The notes beneath the pieces were generated by a model. It was not told the DNA's origin and searched no databases. It saw nothing but the letters and a program-made list of their open reading frames with translations. DNA of 51,876 bases from sequence record DRR723986_4746; one strand, given 5' to 3'. A program made the translations under genes and the position numbers. The first letter of the stretch is position 1. Every line of letters starts with the position of its first letter. This document shows positions 46,932 through 51,876 of the stretch, one piece after another.

Positions 46932-48009
46932 CACTGTAAAGATCACTCGCCCGGTAATAGGCCAGGGCATGGCGGGCAAACACCATGACCACTGCCGCCA
47001 CCGGCAAGGCCACCAACACGCCGACGAAACCCGCCAGCTGCCCGCCGGCCATCAGGGCAAAGATCACCGCAACCGGATGCAAGCCGATGCGGTCGCCCAC
47101 CAGGATGGGGGTAAGAACCATACTTTCCACCAGCTGGCCGACCCCGAACACCAGCGCCACCCAAACGAGCAGCACCCAGTCACCGGTCTGGGCCCAGGCG
47201 GCAATAAACGATGCCAGGATGCCCACCACAAAACCCAGGTAAGGCACGATGCTGGCAAGTCCCGCGATCACCCCCAGTAACAGCGCCAGTTGCACACCGA
47301 CCAGCCAGAGACCGAGACTGTAGATCACGCCCAGGGCCGCCATAACCAGGAGTTGCCCGCGGATGAACGCGCCGACAACCTCATCAGCCTCGCCAACCAT
47401 AAACGCCACTCGCGGCTGCCACGCCCGCGGGAACATCCCGAGCAGCCTCGCCATCACCCCGTCCCAGTCACGCATCAGGTAAAACGCAACTACAGGCACC
47501 AGGGCGAGATTGGCCAGCACCAGCAACAAGCCCGCACCCGAGCCGGAGATGCGGCGCAGGGTTTCCGCGGTTACCCGGCCCAGCGACTGCCAGTTATCGG
47601 CCAGTTGGGCACTCCAGTCGATCTGCGGTAGCTGGGCCGCAGGCACGCTCAGGCGCTGCTGCAACCAGGGCACCACAGTGCCGGTTACCCAGCCATAGAC
47701 CTGGGGAGCCTTGCTGACCATCGCGTCCAGCTGTTGCAGCAACATTGGCACCGCCAACAGTGCACAGGCGATTACCAGGGTAGTGAAAAAGAAAAACACC
47801 AGGATCACCGACCACTGGCGAGACAGCTTGTGGCGCTCCAGATAGTCCACCAGCGGATCACCGAGATAGGCGATCACGGCGCCGAGAACAAAGGGCAGCA
47901 GAATCGGCTGCAGCAGGTAAAACAGCACACCAAGGGCGAGCAGCACCCCCAGCACCAGGGGCCAGCGATTCACCACAATCGGTTCGCCCGGCGGCTCTAA
48001 TCGCGCCAT
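46924..48009 (-). CDS. AI-2E family transporter
   Basis: LLPFVLG..IAYL.DP, FIRGQL, IVPYLG, LVGDRIGLHPV. Confidence 0.9.
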   Translation of the reverse strand: MARLEPPGEPIVVNRWPLVLGVLLALGVLFYLLQPILLPFVLGAVIAYLGDPLVDYLERHKLSRQWSVILVFFFFTTLVIACALLAVPMLLQQLDAMVSKAPQVYGWVTGTVVPWLQQRLSVPAAQLPQIDWSAQLADNWQSLGRVTAETLRRISGSGAGLLLVLANLALVPVVAFYLMRDWDGVMARLLGMFPRAWQPRVAFMVGEADEVVGAFIRGQLLVMAALGVIYSLGLWLVGVQLALLLGVIAGLASIVPYLGFVVGILASFIAAWAQTGDWVLLVWVALVFGVGQLVESMVLTPILVGDRIGLHPVAVIFALMAGGQLAGFVGVLVALPVAAVVMVFARHALAYYRASDLYSGE

Positions 48010-49046
48010 TGGTAAAACAGGGCCCCCTCAGTCTGGGCGACGGGCGCGGGCACCAGGCGCTGGTTCAATTCAATAATCGACGACAGCTGCCCGGCATCGG
48101 CCTGCGCCACCAGGCGCAACTCAATCAGCTCGCCGCTGATCCGCTCCACGTTGGCATGCTCGATCAGCTCCAGGCTCTCCAGCCAGGACACAATTCCAGC
48201 ATAGTCGGCGTAGTCGCGAACGCCTCGCACCTGCATCAACACACCCCCGGAGGCCACCTTGGCGATCGTCTTCACCGCATAGCGCGAGGCCATGTCCTCA
48301 GCGACCAGGCCCGCCGCCGCAGCGAGGAACGCCTGCGCATCATTCGCAGTCACCGTACGGTTGATCCGACGCTCGCTGCTCAAATATGCCCAGTCACCAA
48401 CCCAGGCGCCGGTGGAAAGCGCGGCAAACCGGCCAGCCAGCACATCGCTGACCCCGTAGCGCGCGGAGGCAGCGGCCAGCAGGCCACTGTCCTGGCGCCA
48501 GGCGGCATCCGGCGGCAGGGCCGCGCCATCGGCGAGATCGAACAGGGGCAAGCGCAGGGGCACCCCTCGCCGGGAGAATTCGCGTTGCAGCAGGGCCACC
48601 AGCTCGGGGTCACCGTCGCGATTCAGGAAGCGGCGCCCGGCGGCATCCTCGAGCACGACCCAGGCCAGCACCGGCGGCCGATTGGCGGTCCAAAGGGGTG
48701 CTCCCGCCTCGGTCAGCAGGCGGGTCATGACGTTACCGTCAAACTCGAAGCGAGCGCCCAGGGGCTCGCCGCCCTGGTCGCCGGTGAAGGCGTACTGCTG
48801 GACATACTTGCGCGCCTGCGCGATTTCGCTCTCGATGCCCGGGACAGCCAGCGCGTCCCGGGAACCGGACATTTTGACCAGCACCTGGGTCATGGCCTCG
48901 CCGGATGCCGCATCCAGAGAGGCCTGGTCGCGACCGGCCACCGGCACCTCCGCGGAATACAGGTCGCGAACGATCTCGGCAGACGCGACACTGCTCCCGA
49001 CCAGCAGGCAAACAATCAGCAAGCTGAACAATCTGTGAACCGCCAC
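47997..49046 (-). CDS. DUF2066 exported protein
   Basis: Signal peptide, LYSAEVPV, VLVKMSG, PLW..NRP..L.W. Divergent from purM. The GTG start is approximate. Confidence 0.8.
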   Translation of the reverse strand: MAVHRLFSLLIVCLLVGSSVASAEIVRDLYSAEVPVAGRDQASLDAASGEAMTQVLVKMSGSRDALAVPGIESEIAQARKYVQQYAFTGDQGGEPLGARFEFDGNVMTRLLTEAGAPLWTANRPPVLAWVVLEDAAGRRFLNRDGDPELVALLQREFSRRGVPLRLPLFDLADGAALPPDAAWRQDSGLLAAASARYGVSDVLAGRFAALSTGAWVGDWAYLSSERRINRTVTANDAQAFLAAAAGLVAEDMASRYAVKTIAKVASGGVLMQVRGVRDYADYAGIVSWLESLELIEHANVERISGELIELRLVAQADAGQLSSIIELNQRLVPAPVAQTEGALFYQWRD

Positions 49047-49204
49047 GCACCGCAACCCTGGACCCTGAAGGGCGCATTGTAGCAGCCGGAGGAGCCTCTG
49101 ACAGAGCCATACCGGCAATAAAACCATGACAGGTGTACTGGAGAGACAATGCAGATAAAATACGCGCTCCCTACCATTCCAGCCATACCGGGCCAGCCAA
49201 AACA

Positions 49205-50245
49205 ATGAGCGAAGAAAGCAGCAAACCGTCCCTCAGCTACAAGGACGCGGGAGTCGATATCGACGCCGGCAATGCCCTGGTCGAGCGCATCAAAGGGGTG
49301 AGCAAACGCACCCGGCGCCCGGAGGTGCTGGGCGGGCTTGGCGGTTTTGGCGCCCTGTGCGAGCTGCCCTCGGGCTATCGGGAGCCGGTACTGGTCTCCG
49401 CCACCGACGGGGTAGGCACCAAGCTGCGGCTGGCGATGGACCTGGGAGTCCACGACACCATCGGTATCGATCTGGTGGCCATGTGCGTCAACGACCTGGT
49501 GGTCGCCGGGGCCGAGCCCCTGTTCTTCCTCGACTACTACGCCACCGGCGCACTCAATATCGATACCGCTGCGGCCGTGGTCGAGGGTATCGGCCAGGGT
49601 TGCGAGCAGGCCGGCTGTGCGCTGGTCGGAGGCGAAACGGCGGAAATGCCCGGCATGTACAGCGGTGAGGATTACGACCTCGCGGGGTTCTGTGTCGGCG
49701 TGGTGGAAAAATCGGCAATTATCGACGGCAGCCGGGTACAGCCCGGTGATGTCTTGCTGGGGCTGCCAAGCAGCGGCCCCCACTCCAATGGCTACTCCCT
49801 GATCCGTCGGATCATGGAGGTCAGCGGCGCGGATCCACAGCAGGCCTTCGGTGACAGCACCCTGGGGGCGACGCTGCTGGCACCGACCACCATCTACGTA
49901 AAGCCACTGCTGTCGCTACTGCAACACTGCGAGATCAGGGCCATGTCGCATATTACCGGCGGCGGGCTGCTGGAAAATCTGCCGCGGGTGCTGCCCGACG
50001 ACAGCAAGGCTGTCATTAACACGGGCAGCTGGGCGTGGCCGCCTGTTTTTGACTGGCTGCGCGAGCAGGGCAATGTGGCACTGACCGAGATGTACCGCAC
50101 CTTCAACTGCGGCGTGGGGATGGTGGTCTGCGTCGCGGCGCAGGACAAGGAAACCGCCCTGTCCAGCCTGCGGGAATCCGGAGTGGCGGCCTGGGAAATC
50201 GGGCAAATCGCGGCCGGTAGCGGCGAGGTGGAACTCGCCGGGTGA
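49205..50245 (+). CDS. purM: Phosphoribosylformylglycinamidine cyclo-ligase
   Basis: [39 protein letters not shown]. Confidence 0.97.
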   Translation: MSEESSKPSLSYKDAGVDIDAGNALVERIKGVSKRTRRPEVLGGLGGFGALCELPSGYREPVLVSATDGVGTKLRLAMDLGVHDTIGIDLVAMCVNDLVVAGAEPLFFLDYYATGALNIDTAAAVVEGIGQGCEQAGCALVGGETAEMPGMYSGEDYDLAGFCVGVVEKSAIIDGSRVQPGDVLLGLPSSGPHSNGYSLIRRIMEVSGADPQQAFGDSTLGATLLAPTTIYVKPLLSLLQHCEIRAMSHITGGGLLENLPRVLPDDSKAVINTGSWAWPPVFDWLREQGNVALTEMYRTFNCGVGMVVCVAAQDKETALSSLRESGVAAWEIGQIAAGSGEVELAG

Positions 50246-50907
50246 GTGGCGCAAACCGGATAGCGGTACTTATTTCCGGGCGCGGCTCCAACCTGCAGGC
50301 CATGATCGATGCCAGCGCGCGGGGCGCGCTGGACGGTGACCTCTGCCTGGTGCTTAGCAACAAGCCTGAGGCGGAGGGGCTGGCGCGGGCGCGCGAGGCC
50401 GGGATACACACCGCCTGCATCGACCACCGGCAATACGATTCCCGTGAACATTTCGACGCCGCACTGATTGAGCAGGTGCAGCGGGCGGAGGCAGACCTCG
50501 TCCTGCTGGCCGGGTTCATGCGGATCCTGACCCCGGTGTTCATCGAGCCGTTGTTCGGGCGATTATTGAACATTCATCCATCTTTGTTGCCCAAGTACCC
50601 GGGATTGCATACCCACCAGCGCGCGATCGATGCCGGGGATACGGAAGCAGGGGTTACGGTACACTTCGTCACCCCGGAGCTTGATGGCGGGCCGCCGATC
50701 GTCCAGGCGAGGGTGCCTGTACTGCCCGGCGATGACGCCGCCACGCTGGCAGAGCGCGTGGTCCGGCAAGAACATGAGATCTATCCCCTGGCGGCGCAGT
50801 GGTTCCTGCAGGGTAGACTGACATTAAAAAAATCCGGGGCCGAGCTCGATGGCAAGCCGATCCCGGCAACAGGAGTGGTTTATGAACCGGATATGGCACA
50901 GCTTTAG
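50242..50907 (+). CDS. purN: Phosphoribosylglycinamide formyltransferase
   Basis: [35 protein letters not shown]. Confidence 0.97.
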   Translation: MSGANRIAVLISGRGSNLQAMIDASARGALDGDLCLVLSNKPEAEGLARAREAGIHTACIDHRQYDSREHFDAALIEQVQRAEADLVLLAGFMRILTPVFIEPLFGRLLNIHPSLLPKYPGLHTHQRAIDAGDTEAGVTVHFVTPELDGGPPIVQARVPVLPGDDAATLAERVVRQEHEIYPLAAQWFLQGRLTLKKSGAELDGKPIPATGVVYEPDMAQL

Positions 50908-51637
50908 CGCCCTGCTGCTGACAGCGGTCCTGGCGGCCGGCGCAGCCATGGCAGAGGAGACCGGCGAGACCGACAGCGCGGTACTGTCACTGAAGCCCTA
51001 TACCGCGGAGTACGCAACGACCGCTCGCGGCATGAGCGTCAACCTCAAGCGGGAACTGAAGCGGGACGAGAAAGGTAACTACACGCTGACCAACGGGGGC
51101 AAGATCCTGGTGGTCGGCTTCCATGAAGTGAGCGTGTTCACCCTGGACGGCGCGACTATCGAGCCGCGATCCTATATTTACCAGGGCACCGGCCTGATCA
51201 ACCGCCGCCGGGAAGTGCATTTTACCGAGGGCTCCGACACCATCCGCAGCCTGTATAAGGACAAGTGGTATGAATTGCCCTACACCCCGGGCACGCTGGA
51301 CCGGATGAGCCAGCAGGAGCAGCTGCGCCTGACCCTGCTGAACGATCCCACGCCACGTGAAGATGTCTCGGTACGTATCGCCGATGGACGCAAGATCAAG
51401 GATTACCAACTGCTGTATGTGGGTGAAGAAACCCTGCAGACTCCGCTGGGCGCGGTGAAAACCCTGCATTTCAAGCGCAATCACGAGGATCCCGACCGCA
51501 AGTCGGACACCTGGGTCGCGCCGGACTGGGACTACTTGATGGTCAAGACCGTCCACGTGGAGGACGGCAAACCGGTGGAAGTAAACCTGACCCGCGCCAA
51601 AATCGAGGGCACCAGGGTCTCTGCCTCAGCTGACTGA
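50882..51637 (+). CDS. DUF3108 exported protein
   Basis: Signal peptide, PY.AEY, LD..S, GEETLQTPLG, W.APDWDY. Lies downstream of purN. Confidence 0.8.
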   Translation: MNRIWHSFSALLLTAVLAAGAAMAEETGETDSAVLSLKPYTAEYATTARGMSVNLKRELKRDEKGNYTLTNGGKILVVGFHEVSVFTLDGATIEPRSYIYQGTGLINRRREVHFTEGSDTIRSLYKDKWYELPYTPGTLDRMSQQEQLRLTLLNDPTPREDVSVRIADGRKIKDYQLLYVGEETLQTPLGAVKTLHFKRNHEDPDRKSDTWVAPDWDYLMVKTVHVEDGKPVEVNLTRAKIEGTRVSASAD

Positions 51638-51641
51638 GGCC

Positions 51642-51876
51642 TCAGGCCTTGGGCAGGGTGACGCCTACCTGGCCCTGGTACTTGCCGCCCCGGTCCCGAT
51701 AACTGACCTCGCACACTTCGTCAGACTCGAAGAACAGCATCTGGGCCACGCCCTCGTTGGCGTAGATTTTCGCCGGCAGCGTCGTGGTATTGGAAAACTC
51801 CAGGGTAACGTGCCCTTCCCACTCGGGTTCCAGCGGCGTCACATTGACGATGATGCCACAGCGCGCGTAGGTGGAC
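51642..51876 (-). CDS. dcd: dCTP deaminase, 5'-truncated by the window
   Basis: [29 protein letters not shown]...YANEG...GKYQGQ. Confidence 0.95.
   Translation of the reverse strand, partial: STYARCGIIVNVTPLEPEWEGHVTLEFSNTTTLPAKIYANEGVAQMLFFESDEVCEVSYRDRGGKYQGQVGVTLPKA

Overview
GC-rich gammaproteobacterial chromosome segment. Gene content and order suggest a marine Cellvibrionales/Halieaceae (OM60/NOR5)-like organism; this is inference. It holds about 43 CDSs and no recognisable tRNA, rRNA, CRISPR array, IS or prophage. Housekeeping blocks (DUF2069-wrbA-arsC-yihY-tlpA, cysK, prlC, aqpZ, Lrp-linked amino-acid catabolism, hda-purM-purN-dcd) surround accessory modules. The most striking feature is a ~9.5 kb cluster at 20433-29885. 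It has two convergent NTT/TLC-family nucleotide-carrier homologues, one fused to a cadherin/He_PIG-like Ig domain. It also encodes a signal-peptide-bearing fusion of a Shewanella-like metallophosphatase with a FAM20/PI4K-like kinase domain, a DAACS transporter fused to a solute-binding domain, and a PlpD-like patatin-Omp85 protein. Together these suggest a possible extracytoplasmic phosphorylation or nucleotide-handling system. Other highlights: a candidate sigmaE-dependent ~130-nt sRNA between tlpA and cysK; a Tat-exported ketosteroid-dehydrogenase-like flavoprotein coupled to a cytochrome c; and a Cys-less PTPS-III-type enzyme divergent from an SDR-YhhQ pair that carries an 8-bp tandem repeat in its leader. 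All assignments come from reading motifs by eye; no searches were run.
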